63,415 nucleotides of DNA from Bacteroidales bacterium (GTDB taxonomy: Bacteria; Bacteroidota; Bacteroidia; Bacteroidales; P3), in assembly GCA_017613375.1 (NCBI GenBank), contig JAGADZ010000006.1, forward strand, positions 1 to 63,415, read 5' to 3'. Numbering within the stretch: position 1 is the first letter of the stretch; every line of letters starts with the position of its first letter. The notes beneath the pieces are model-generated. The model was not told the origin of the DNA and did not search any database. It saw nothing but the letters and a program-made list of their open reading frames with translations. Positions 40,759-50,306 of this stretch are shown here, in pieces. Both the position numbers and the translations under genes were made by a program.

Positions 40759-41649
40759 TTAATACACTCCTTCTTCGTGCAGGCGTTTGAGGCGTTCCAC
40801 CACCATTGGACGGTCCTCTTTATAGGTGACGCCAAACCACTGTGCCGATGTCTGAAGGACACGCATTGTGGCGTATCCGCTGTTGAGGAAGGTGTTGACG
40901 GCAAAAGGAATGTAGTATTCCGATTTCATCTCGCTGCCGTGGGCTTTCAGGAAGTCGACAAACAGTTTCTCGCTCTCCACGAAATAGTCTGGAGTGAATC
41001 CGAAGAGATTCATCGACACTGTTGCGTCGGCGGGAAGTGGGTACATAGAGCCGTCGTCGTCTTTATATTCGATTCCGTTGGCGGTGCGTCCGATGCTTGT
41101 GCGTTCGGTCATGCCTATGAGGTATCCGTCGTTGCTTGTCTGGCAAACTCCGCGGCTGACGGTGCCGTTTTCGGAAAGGGTGTTTTCCAGGCGGTAGCCT
41201 ACCATGCAGTACTTGCCTTTGCCGCCTTCGAGGCTTCGCAGAGAGTCACCAATGACTTTGAATGCGTCGGCGCCGTAGAAGTCGTCGGCATTGATGACAG
41301 CGAAAGGCTCATGGATGGCATCCTTGGCCATCAGAATGGCATGATTGGTGCCCCAGGGCTTCTCGCGGCCTTCGGGTACTGTGAATCCTTGCGGCAGATT
41401 GTCGAGTTCCTGGAATACATACTCTACGGCAATCTTGTTGCCAAAATGCTCGGCGTTGATTTTTGCCTTGAATTCCTGCTCGAAGCTTCGGCGGATGACA
41501 AACACCACTTTGCCAAAGCCGGCACGGATGGCGTCGGTGATGGAATAATCCATTATTATTTCACCATTGGGACCTACGCCGTCCATTTGCTTCAGTCCAC
41601 CATAGCGGCTTCCCATGCCTGCCGCCAGTACTAATAAAGTTGGTTTCAT
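40759..41649 (-). CDS. Sugar-phosphate nucleotidyltransferase family protein
   Basis: LVLAAGMGSRYGG N-terminal NTP-transferase signature. 296 aa. Confidence 0.75.
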   Translation of the reverse strand: MKPTLLVLAAGMGSRYGGLKQMDGVGPNGEIIMDYSITDAIRAGFGKVVFVIRRSFEQEFKAKINAEHFGNKIAVEYVFQELDNLPQGFTVPEGREKPWGTNHAILMAKDAIHEPFAVINADDFYGADAFKVIGDSLRSLEGGKGKYCMVGYRLENTLSENGTVSRGVCQTSNDGYLIGMTERTSIGRTANGIEYKDDDGSMYPLPADATVSMNLFGFTPDYFVESEKLFVDFLKAHGSEMKSEYYIPFAVNTFLNSGYATMRVLQTSAQWFGVTYKEDRPMVVERLKRLHEEGVY

Positions 41650-41696
41650 TGTCGTTATTTTTTTCTATTATTGATTTACCATTTGCTATACTGTCA

Positions 41697-42155
41697 CTAT
41701 CCCCGTCTTTTCTTGAAGAATTCTTTCATGAGCGCTGCACATTCTTCTTCCAGCACTCCTCCGACCACTTCGGTCTTTGGATGCAGCATTTGGTGCCCCA
41801 GCAGTTCGAATCCGCGTTTGGCGTCGGGGGCACCGTAAACGATGCGACCTATCTGTTCCCAGCCTGCTGCTCCGGCGCACATGGCACAGGGCTCGACAGT
41901 TACATATAGCGTGCATTCGGTGAGATATTTGCTTCCGAGGGTGTTGGAGGCTGCCGTAAAAGCGACCATTTCTGCGTGTGCCGTGACATCATGCAGTTGC
42001 TCTGTGTTGTTATGGGCTCTTGCAACAATATGGTCTTTGCACACTATCACTGCTCCGATTGGTATTTCTCCCTCATCGTAGGCCGCTTTGGCTTCCTGCA
42101 GTGCCTGTCGCATATAAAATATGTCGTTATTCTCTATGTCGCTGTCAATGCTCAT
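41697..42155 (-). CDS. tadA: tRNA adenosine(34) deaminase
   Basis: HAEMVAF (zinc His/Glu) and PCAMCAGA (zinc Cys pair). Confidence 0.9.
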   Translation of the reverse strand: MSIDSDIENNDIFYMRQALQEAKAAYDEGEIPIGAVIVCKDHIVARAHNNTEQLHDVTAHAEMVAFTAASNTLGSKYLTECTLYVTVEPCAMCAGAAGWEQIGRIVYGAPDAKRGFELLGHQMLHPKTEVVGGVLEEECAALMKEFFKKRRG

Positions 42156-42919
42156 CTTTTACCTCTCTTGAACAGTTCCTCGTTGATGGGAAGATAACAC
42201 ATTTTATGAAACATGAATGTTATGTCGTCATCGTATTGATAGCTCTCGATGGAAGGGAACACAGCTGTGCCGAGAGGTTGGTACTCGTGATATGCACGCC
42301 AGTCTACATGGACATTGTTGACAGTGTCGAAACTGGGGCTGTGGCCTGTGGTCTCGTCAATCAGGAAGAGCAGTCCGCTGTTTTTCTCAAACAGGTAGTA
42401 TCTGTCGTAGCGTAGTGGCGATTCCACCAGGATACGGTATACATTCTCCCCTTGGAATTTCCATACGCCTTTGTAGGTCAGTTTGCAGCCTTCGCTTTTC
42501 CAGTTGAATAGAGGCTCGTGGAAATCGTATGCCTTGGCGTGGTCGTAATACCATGTCACACCGACATCGTCCCAATGCTTGCTCCATCGGTCATATTCGA
42601 GAAAAACGCTCTCGGCATCGCATACCAGGCCTGTTGTCAGGGTGTCGCCATGCCATATCTCGGTGCGATATTTGTAAGGCGCCACATGCCAGCGTCGCAT
42701 CATTATTGTGTCGTGAGGATTGCTGCGTGAATAGATGACGGTCTCTATGTATAGCATGCTGTCCTGTCGCAGTGCATCATAGTTCAGCAGCCTGAGATAT
42801 CTGTTGACTACGATTTCGGCACTGTCGGCAATATATTGGTGGTTTTGGGCGTGAAGGCCTCCTGCCAACAACAGAAGCAGTGTTATTAAAACTGTTTTTC
42901 TCATGGTTGTCTGTTTCAT
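42152..42919 (-). CDS. Hypothetical secreted/periplasmic protein
   Basis: Signal peptide LLLLLAGGLHAQ. Trp/Tyr-rich. The stop overlaps the tadA start (ATGA), and the start lies 1 nt after the DUF4292 gene stop. Confidence 0.6.
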   Translation of the reverse strand: MKQTTMRKTVLITLLLLLAGGLHAQNHQYIADSAEIVVNRYLRLLNYDALRQDSMLYIETVIYSRSNPHDTIMMRRWHVAPYKYRTEIWHGDTLTTGLVCDAESVFLEYDRWSKHWDDVGVTWYYDHAKAYDFHEPLFNWKSEGCKLTYKGVWKFQGENVYRILVESPLRYDRYYLFEKNSGLLFLIDETTGHSPSFDTVNNVHVDWRAYHEYQPLGTAVFPSIESYQYDDDITFMFHKMCYLPINEELFKRGKR

Positions 42920-42920
42920 A

Positions 42921-43712
42921 TCAAAACTCTTTGAATCTTGCAGGAATCTTGAACGGATAGCTCTGGCTTGGATTCAACGTTATTTTTTCCAAGTTGACGT
43001 CAGTTGTCACGTTTGCAGCCCGGCATCGCAAGGCTACTCCTATTATCGAAGGCAACAGGTCTCCTCCGATATTTTTCAACTCTTTGAAGTTCACTAAAAT
43101 CTGTTGGTTCAGTTCGCGACTTGTAAGGAGACTTGACATCAATTTCTTGTTTCGGCGGTTTTTTGTAAGTGTCACTTGCCGCTGTTTTCCGGTGGCACCG
43201 CTTGTCTGGTTATACCACAGAGTGATAGTGTCGCCGTTCTGGCGGGGCTCGTTGCTTTTCTTGCAACCGGGCACACAATTGCCCACAATAAGCGCTTCAA
43301 GTGTGGCGTAGTCTATGTCCACCCCCCATCGTTTGCTTATGGCGGCATAGTCTCCCTTGTAGTAGCGGCCCATGACTTTGACATAGCCTTCCACTCCACT
43401 GGGAGTGGCGATTATCCTGCCGAGTTCTATGATTTTGTTCAGGCTTATCCATATGATACTGTCGTGACGAATCCGTATTTGTCCGTTTACGGTGACCCCA
43501 TCGATGGTGCAGCTGAAATTGGCGCTGTAGGTGTCGAAGTGGGTGTTGCGAATGGTGTCCAGGCGTGGGGTTTGCCGTGGCGGGGTGGGCTGTACGACGA
43601 CGGTGTCTGTCCTGACGTCGCCGCCAGTGGTGATATGCCTGTGGGAACGACAGCCTGTCATTAGGAGCGCCGCAAGCGTCAATACTGTTATTGTCCACGT
43701 CCTGCTTCTCAT
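42921..43712 (-). CDS. DUF4292-family (LolB-like) outer-membrane lipoprotein
   Basis: Lipobox LLMTGC. FSCTIDGVTVNGQIRIRHDSIIWISL matches the DUF4292 pattern as I recall it. It follows a TPR protein, as is typical in Bacteroidales. Confidence 0.6.
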   Translation of the reverse strand: MRSRTWTITVLTLAALLMTGCRSHRHITTGGDVRTDTVVVQPTPPRQTPRLDTIRNTHFDTYSANFSCTIDGVTVNGQIRIRHDSIIWISLNKIIELGRIIATPSGVEGYVKVMGRYYKGDYAAISKRWGVDIDYATLEALIVGNCVPGCKKSNEPRQNGDTITLWYNQTSGATGKQRQVTLTKNRRNKKLMSSLLTSRELNQQILVNFKELKNIGGDLLPSIIGVALRCRAANVTTDVNLEKITLNPSQSYPFKIPARFKEF

Positions 43713-43719
43713 CTGTTGA

Positions 43720-45420
43720 TTATTGGTTAAGGATTATTCTGTAGTGTTCTTTTATCTCGTCTGAGGTTTCGCCGCCGTTTTTCATGGCGCGGCGTATGTA
43801 TTTGGCTGCCTCGCTATCGTTCCCCCTCAGGTGCAGAATCCAGGCGTAGGTGTCGAGATAGTGTGGATTGTCGGGCTCGTCTGTGATTGTGCGTTTTGAC
43901 ATTCTTTCGGCCTTCTCGAGGTTGCGGCCTTTCTGTGCCAGATAGTAGGCGTAGGAGTTCAGTGCCATGTTGTCGTTGGGCTGCAGGGCGAGATATTTGT
44001 CGAAGTATGCCTCGCATCGTTCGTCGTCAAGACGGCTGTAGCATACCGCCAGCAGATTGTATGTCTCGGCTTCGAGATAACCCTTGTCGAATCCCATCAG
44101 TTCGCATTTGTGTGCCAGTTCGACAGCGCTGGCAAAATCGCCTCGGTCGTGTGCCGCGACAGCTTGCACGAAATAGGGCAGGGGATGCAAGGGAAACAGT
44201 CTCGATGCACGCATGGCATCGAGTGTGGTCTGGGCTGTGTCTGTGCCGGATTGCATTTCTGCCACAAGCAGAGCCTCCCATATGTCGTAATGGGTGCTGT
44301 CGGCATTCAGTGCAATACGGAACTGAGATGCCGCTTCGTCGAATTTCTTTTGCCGCATCAGGACATCGCCATAGAAGGCGAAAGCTGTAAAGGAGGTGCT
44401 GTCGTCGCAGTTCTGCATGATGTCACTGAGCAGGCTGTAGGCATATTCTGAATAGATGCCGTAAAACTCTCCGTTGTTGTAGAAATTGGTCAGTAGTTGT
44501 ATTTTGTTGGCGGTGTTGAGTGACGGATGTGCCAGCCCGATACGCATTTCTTCATATGCTTTCCCGGGTTGGTTGGTGGCTTTGTAATATTCTGCCAACG
44601 CGATATGAATATATTCGTTGTTAGGGTCCGATGCCAGGACGCGGTCGTAGTATTGCTTTGCCTTGGCGTAGTTTTTGCTGTTCATGTAGTTCCCGGCAAG
44701 CATGGCACTGTATTTTGTCTCGTTGGGCATGGCATTGGCGAGGGCTTCTATCTCTTCCATGGCCTTGTCCTCTTTGCCGGCATAGCTCCATAGTTTTGAC
44801 TTCTGGAGGGATACAACCTCGGTGATGCCTACACGCTCTTCAACGCGGTTCAACGTACTGATGGCTTTCTTGATATTGTTGTCGAGCAGGTAGGCATTCG
44901 ACAGTTCGTAGTAATAGTCCAGCACCTCGGGGTTCTGGCTTACTATCTTCTCCCAAGTGGCAATACTCTGGGCTTTGTTGTTGGTGTATCTGTACAGTAT
45001 TGCCAGGTTGAGCTGGTACCATACGTTCTCAGGCTCGGTGTTGGCGGCTTTTTCAGCATAGAATATGGCGCTGTCGGCAAGTCCGGCTTCTGCCATGATA
45101 CGGCTCGTTTCAAACAGTGCGGCGCCATAGCCACTGTCCGATTTAAGGATTCTGCGGAATACTTTCAGGGCTTCCTCTTCACGACCGGTCTCCAGGAGCA
45201 TTTTGCCCTGAATCATAAGAGCATCGGTCTTGATTTGGGTCTCGCTCCTCGCCACAGCGGCACGCTCTTTGGCATTTGCCTGTCGTGAGGATGCGGGCTT
45301 CCCGCTGCTACAGCCGCACAGCATCACAAACAACAAGATAACGGGCACGACAGTCAGAGCAGCGAGAGTTGTGCGTAACCTATCAATAGGTATATACATA
45401 TATATTATTCCATTCTTCAA
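43720..45420 (-). CDS. Tetratricopeptide-repeat lipoprotein
   Basis: Lipobox-like MLCGCSS and many TPR units (A..Y...L..DP.N......LA). The start may be an internal Met. Confidence 0.75.
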   Translation of the reverse strand: MKNGIIYMYIPIDRLRTTLAALTVVPVILLFVMLCGCSSGKPASSRQANAKERAAVARSETQIKTDALMIQGKMLLETGREEEALKVFRRILKSDSGYGAALFETSRIMAEAGLADSAIFYAEKAANTEPENVWYQLNLAILYRYTNNKAQSIATWEKIVSQNPEVLDYYYELSNAYLLDNNIKKAISTLNRVEERVGITEVVSLQKSKLWSYAGKEDKAMEEIEALANAMPNETKYSAMLAGNYMNSKNYAKAKQYYDRVLASDPNNEYIHIALAEYYKATNQPGKAYEEMRIGLAHPSLNTANKIQLLTNFYNNGEFYGIYSEYAYSLLSDIMQNCDDSTSFTAFAFYGDVLMRQKKFDEAASQFRIALNADSTHYDIWEALLVAEMQSGTDTAQTTLDAMRASRLFPLHPLPYFVQAVAAHDRGDFASAVELAHKCELMGFDKGYLEAETYNLLAVCYSRLDDERCEAYFDKYLALQPNDNMALNSYAYYLAQKGRNLEKAERMSKRTITDEPDNPHYLDTYAWILHLRGNDSEAAKYIRRAMKNGGETSDEIKEHYRIILNQ

Positions 45421-45516
45421 AACTATTTTAGTAACTTACGAGAGACAACTTTATTGTGTGGATTCTAAAAAAAACAAAAAAAGAAAAAAAAATTTTGCCA
45501 TGAATGAGAATTGTAC

Positions 45517-45524
45517 TATATTTG
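45517..45524 (+). promoter_or_regulatory. -7 promoter box TATATTTG
   Basis: TAnnTTTG match 115 nt upstream of the ATG at 45639. Confidence 0.45.
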
Positions 45525-45638
45525 CAACAAAATAACTGAAGTGTAATATTACGCTTTTATGGTATTTAATATACTGTAACGACGAGATTTACACATGTAA
45601 ATGGATGAAAATTTTTTATTAATCAAAATTCAATTACA

Positions 45639-48197
45639 ATGAAAAAAACATTAATGGTTCTTAGTTTTGTATTGTGCGCATCGTTCGTTTTCGCACAATC
45701 AAACATGAGACTTTCTCCGAAAGTCGTCGACAAGGCCGCCATTCAAGTTGAAAACACCATCCAGGAAGCTGGCTACACTGGTACCATCTTCACAAAGGAT
45801 GTTGAGCTTTTCAACTGCTCATTCGCGGCTGAAAACCAGGGCTACACCACCGGTGTTATCGGAAATGGTGAGCTCATCGACGGTACCGCTGCCCTCGCAC
45901 ATGTCCAGACCAAATGGCATGCTACATGGCATCGTATCGCTGATACCACTACCGCTACCTGCACCGCTCTCCGTAATGGACAGAACTATCCTTACACTTT
46001 CGGTGCAAACTCCGGCTTTGCTTCATTGGAAGGTGTCAGTTCAGAAACTCCTATGAACGGTTTGATGCTCTGCACCATGCAGGACCAGATCGCAGCATGG
46101 GGTGGTGAAGGTGCTATCGGTGTTTTCAACACCTACATCAAGTTTGGACCTATCGCTACTACTGGTTATCCTCTCGTTCGCGTCCGCTTCAACCAGTACT
46201 ATCGTAAATTCTACGATAACTGCTATGTCGACTATAGCACCGACGGTACTACCTGGAGCTCTGTTGAAGTCAATGTCACTGGCATTGATGTCACTGTCAA
46301 CGGTTCTTATAACGGACAATACACCCAGACAATGCCTGCAGCAGTCGCAAATAGCGCTACCGCTTATTTCCGTCTCCGTTACTTCTCCGACTACGTAGAC
46401 CGTGGCGGTGGAGCTTATGGTTACATCTGGATTGTTGATGACTTCAAGGTTATTCCTTCTCCGGAAAACTACCTCAATGCTAAGACCAATTCCTACTACG
46501 AAGGTTTCTATCAGTTGATGCCTCAGAACTTCCAGGTTCCTGTAGTTTGGAAGTCTGATATCGTAAACGAAGGTCAGTTCGCTCAGACCAATGTTCAGGG
46601 TAAGATTTTCACCTATATGGATGGTGATGCAAATGCTACCGCAATTGCTACTAAACCCCTCGGAACAATCAACTCTACAGTTTCACGCCTCGTTCTTATC
46701 GACCCGCTCGGATTCTACGATTCAACTGGTACTTACCATGGTGAAGGTGGCTACTATGAGGATGCCGCTCACGTAGGTCCTACCGCTTATCTGCCCACCT
46801 CTACTCTTGGTGTTGGCCACTTCTTCGCCAATATCAACAGCGACGCTATCAGCAAGATTTATGGTGACACCGCTACATTCGATACCCTCCGTTACGAAGT
46901 GAACTTCGATAACACTTGGGAGCAGGGTAGAGGTTCATGGGGCCGCGACAATGGCGCTCTCCGTAAATTCTCATACTATGCAGCTCACATGGTCGGTGAC
47001 CGTACATTCAGCACCAGCCCCAGCCAGACTCCTCTCGGATGGGCAAGTGCAGGTTATGGCGTTTTCGTTTCCTATACCACTGGTAACACCGTTCCTGACG
47101 GATGGCGTATCCTCGGTGTTGAAATGGTCGCCGCTACCCGCGAAGGTATGAACGAGCCCGGTACTCAGCTCAATCCTGTTCTGTGGTATGATATCGTAGA
47201 CTCCGGTGGAGGACTTGCTGGTTTCAACCAGATTGCTACTGGTGCTCCTACCTACACTGTTCAGGAGTCCGATGTTATCCGCGGTACCTCTTTCCAGAAC
47301 TTGACTTATCGTACCCGCGCTAACACCCCGACTATCTTCATCCCGTTCCCCAACCAGCCTGAACTCGAGCCTATGACATCTTACCGCGTAGGTTATGAGC
47401 TGCCTGAGGATGGTAACTTCGCAGTCGCTATCGACGCTACTTACTACTACACCCTCGAGGACAGTTCAGCTGTTTACTTCCGTGAGACCCCCGGTATGCA
47501 GAGCTACGGTCACAAACAGAACCTTGGCGACAATGTCTACAATGTCCTGATTGAAGACCCCTATGGCACTGGTGGATATCACATCTTCAGCACCAACGAT
47601 TATCCTATGATTCGTATGGTTGTCGGTCCTTCATACTTCATCCAGAGCTACGGCATCAACTTCGAATGCGAAAATGCTGACGGTGAAATGGGTGCTGTGA
47701 CCGACTACAACTACGAGGAAGATTTCTGCGGTGGTGTTGATTCTGTTTATCAGGGCTCCAACGCTGAATACTACATCGTTCCTAATCCTGGTTACAAGAT
47801 TGCTCACGTTTATGTTGACGGTGCTGAGTTCAACTACACTCACCACACCGACGCTCAGGGTGATGAATATGGCTCGATCCTCTTCGAGAACATCCAGGGT
47901 GCTCACACTGTTAGAGTAGTCTTCGAACAGAAGATTGGTTTCGACCCGATTGCCAACGCTGTTTCTATGAAACTCCAGCCCAATCCTGCCACTTCCAATG
48001 TCCATGTCACTCTCAGTGGCGTCAGCGGAATGGTCAACATGGCTCTCATTGACATGAGCGGTCGCGTTATCACCACTTCTCAGTTCAACGCTGAGAACGG
48101 CGCTAACATCAATGTTTCCAACCTTGCCAAGGGTGCTTACTTCGTACGCATCACCAACGACAAGTTCAGCAAAGTTGAGAAGCTGATTGTTCGCTAA
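45639..48197 (+). CDS. T9SS C-terminal-sorting-domain secreted protein (852 aa)
   Basis: Signal peptide. The C-terminal roughly 80 aa (LQPNPATSNVHV...NLAKGAYFVRITNDKFSKVEKLIVR) is a type A Por secretion tail. Confidence 0.8.
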   Translation: MKKTLMVLSFVLCASFVFAQSNMRLSPKVVDKAAIQVENTIQEAGYTGTIFTKDVELFNCSFAAENQGYTTGVIGNGELIDGTAALAHVQTKWHATWHRIADTTTATCTALRNGQNYPYTFGANSGFASLEGVSSETPMNGLMLCTMQDQIAAWGGEGAIGVFNTYIKFGPIATTGYPLVRVRFNQYYRKFYDNCYVDYSTDGTTWSSVEVNVTGIDVTVNGSYNGQYTQTMPAAVANSATAYFRLRYFSDYVDRGGGAYGYIWIVDDFKVIPSPENYLNAKTNSYYEGFYQLMPQNFQVPVVWKSDIVNEGQFAQTNVQGKIFTYMDGDANATAIATKPLGTINSTVSRLVLIDPLGFYDSTGTYHGEGGYYEDAAHVGPTAYLPTSTLGVGHFFANINSDAISKIYGDTATFDTLRYEVNFDNTWEQGRGSWGRDNGALRKFSYYAAHMVGDRTFSTSPSQTPLGWASAGYGVFVSYTTGNTVPDGWRILGVEMVAATREGMNEPGTQLNPVLWYDIVDSGGGLAGFNQIATGAPTYTVQESDVIRGTSFQNLTYRTRANTPTIFIPFPNQPELEPMTSYRVGYELPEDGNFAVAIDATYYYTLEDSSAVYFRETPGMQSYGHKQNLGDNVYNVLIEDPYGTGGYHIFSTNDYPMIRMVVGPSYFIQSYGINFECENADGEMGAVTDYNYEEDFCGGVDSVYQGSNAEYYIVPNPGYKIAHVYVDGAEFNYTHHTDAQGDEYGSILFENIQGAHTVRVVFEQKIGFDPIANAVSMKLQPNPATSNVHVTLSGVSGMVNMALIDMSGRVITTSQFNAENGANINVSNLAKGAYFVRITNDKFSKVEKLIVR

Positions 48198-48218
48198 GAC
48201 TTTTAGCAACACTAAATA

Positions 48219-48252
48219 AAGAAAGGCTCGCATTCGCGAGCCTTTCCTTTTT
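48219..48252. terminator. Bidirectional hairpin terminator
   Basis: GAAAGGCTCGC-attc-GCGAGCCTTTC followed by CTTTTT. Confidence 0.8.
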
Positions 48253-48294
48253 ATTGCTTGGCCATTCCAACCATGTTGGAATGGATATTGTTTT

Positions 48295-49164
48295 TTAGAG
48301 AATATTACCCAACTGCTCCTTAATCTTCTCCAACTCGTCTTTCATCACCACGACCAACTTCTGTATCTCTACATGATTTGCCTTGGAACCGGTGGTGTTT
48401 ATCTCACGGCCCATCTCTTGGGCAATAAACGAGAGCTTCTTTCCGCAGCTCGGTTCGTTGTCCATCACATTGCGGAAATAGTCTATGTGTTTTGCAAGTC
48501 GTACTTTCTCCTCGGTGATGTCTAATTTCTCAAGATAGTAGATTATCTCCTGTTCGAAGCGGTTCTCGTCAACGTCATGGGCCTGGATTTCGGACAGGTT
48601 GTTGCGAAGCCGTTCCCTGACATTGTCAATACGCTCTTTTTCATACTGCGGAATCTCCTTCATCTTGGATTCAATGAGGTCTATGTGTTTCGATATGTCC
48701 TGTTTCATAATTTCTCCTTCGTGGAGGCGTGTGGCGTCGACTTCGCATATTGAATCACTGATGACTTTTGAAATGGTGTTCCATTCTTCTTCGGACAATT
48801 CCTCTCTTTCCCCATTCATCCAACAGTCGGATTGCTGCATTATTATAGCTATAAGTTCGGAGTTGCTTGTCTTTGGGTCTATCTGGCTGGTCAGTTCCCT
48901 TAACTCCTGATAACGTTGCATGACAAGTTCTCTGTTCAGAGAGTTCCCGCCTGCATTGTCAGGTTCTTCGTTGAGTACGAAATCTATCTTTCCTCGCTCC
49001 AGCTGGTTCAGCATCTGCCGTATGTATAGCTCTTTGTCTCTATAGTTGGTCGGCAGTTTGACTGTGGCATCCATCTGTTTGCTGTTGAGTGTTTTTATTT
49101 CAACAGTCACTCGCCGTCCTCCTACAACGCATTGTGTTTTGGCATAGCCGGTCATTGATTTCAT
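48295..49164 (-). CDS. yicC: YicC-family stress-induced protein
   Basis: MKSMTGYA N-terminus and the C-terminal QEMGREINTTGSKAN motif. Confidence 0.85.
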   Translation of the reverse strand: MKSMTGYAKTQCVVGGRRVTVEIKTLNSKQMDATVKLPTNYRDKELYIRQMLNQLERGKIDFVLNEEPDNAGGNSLNRELVMQRYQELRELTSQIDPKTSNSELIAIIMQQSDCWMNGEREELSEEEWNTISKVISDSICEVDATRLHEGEIMKQDISKHIDLIESKMKEIPQYEKERIDNVRERLRNNLSEIQAHDVDENRFEQEIIYYLEKLDITEEKVRLAKHIDYFRNVMDNEPSCGKKLSFIAQEMGREINTTGSKANHVEIQKLVVVMKDELEKIKEQLGNIL

Positions 49165-49203
49165 AGGATATCTTCTATTTTAATATTATTGTATCAAATT
49201 GTT

Positions 49204-50244
49204 TTATTCGTTTATCAGTTCCTTAAAGCCGGGCGTTGCATAAGTCATGTATTTTCCACCTTCGTTGTAGATGAAGAATACAGCCTGCATGCCACTGTCG
49301 TCGGGGTGTGCCTTAATGAATTCGAGGGATTTCTCGAGGCCCATGACCATAAAGGCTGTTGCCAGAGCATCGGCACGCCACGCCGCGGTATCTATCACCG
49401 ACACACTTAGGAGGGTGTGGTCTACAGGATGTCCGGTGGAAGGGTCTATCGTATGAGAATAACGTATCCCGTCTTTCTCGTAGTATTTCCTGTAATTACC
49501 GGAGGTGACGATGGATTGGTTCTGCAAAGCTATCGTGGTCTCTATTTCAGGAATGCTCTCTTTGTCTGTAGCGGGTCTCTCGACACCGACCTTCCATGGT
49601 GTTCCGTCAGGCTTACAGCCGCGAGCATACACCTCGCCTCCAATGTCGACAAGATAGTTTGTAATGTCGTGTGATTCGAGGAATTGACATATGATGTCTG
49701 TTGCGTAGCCTTGTGCTATGGCGTTGAAGTCTATCTCTGTCTCGCCATGTGCTTTGTGGATTATCAGTCTGCCGTCAGGGGCTCTCTCTATTGTCGGTTG
49801 CTTGCCACAGTACTGCATCATGCTGTCGATGGCACTCATTTCTATATCTTCGCGATGTGCAAAGCCAAAGCCCCAAGCTCTCACTATCTTCCCTATTGTG
49901 CAGTCGAAGCACCCATTTGTGAAGAGGTTCATCTCCACGGATTTTTCAGTCATGTCGGCGAACCATTCGTTGACGACACTGTCACGGTTGTCGTTCACTT
50001 TTCGTATGAGGGATTTCTGTTCCCACAGCGATGCCGTCATGTCGAAGACATGCAGTAAGGAGTCAATGGATGACTGAAGATTGTGATGCTGCGGGTCGAC
50101 ATAAATAATCCTGTAGTATGTCCCTTGAGCCTCACCGTCCAGAGTGATCATGTCGGGCATATTGCTACGGCAGCTCTGAAACAGTATTGTTGATGCCATC
50201 GCGGCAACGATGGCCAGTGATGATAACAGGGTCTTGCAATACAT
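49204..50244 (-). CDS. apbE: FAD:protein FMN transferase (ApbE family) lipoprotein
   Basis: Lipobox-like FQSC. AIAQGYATD, LVDIGGEV, VTSGNYRKY and HTIDPSTG are ApbE blocks. Confidence 0.85.
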   Translation of the reverse strand: MYCKTLLSSLAIVAAMASTILFQSCRSNMPDMITLDGEAQGTYYRIIYVDPQHHNLQSSIDSLLHVFDMTASLWEQKSLIRKVNDNRDSVVNEWFADMTEKSVEMNLFTNGCFDCTIGKIVRAWGFGFAHREDIEMSAIDSMMQYCGKQPTIERAPDGRLIIHKAHGETEIDFNAIAQGYATDIICQFLESHDITNYLVDIGGEVYARGCKPDGTPWKVGVERPATDKESIPEIETTIALQNQSIVTSGNYRKYYEKDGIRYSHTIDPSTGHPVDHTLLSVSVIDTAAWRADALATAFMVMGLEKSLEFIKAHPDDSGMQAVFFIYNEGGKYMTYATPGFKELINE

Positions 50245-50259
50245 CGTTTAATTATGAAA

Positions 50260-50286
50260 AAAAGCGTCCGGAGACCGGACGCTTTT
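50260..50286. terminator. Hairpin terminator
   Basis: AAAAGCGTCCGG-aga-CCGGACGCTTTT. Confidence 0.8.
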
Positions 50287-50306
50287 TGCAGTATAATCTA
50301 ATTTGA

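Noticed and set aside
40777-41634. 285-aa plus-strand ORF
   Set aside because: It is the antisense shadow of the nucleotidyltransferase gene, which has the LAAGMGSRYGG motif.
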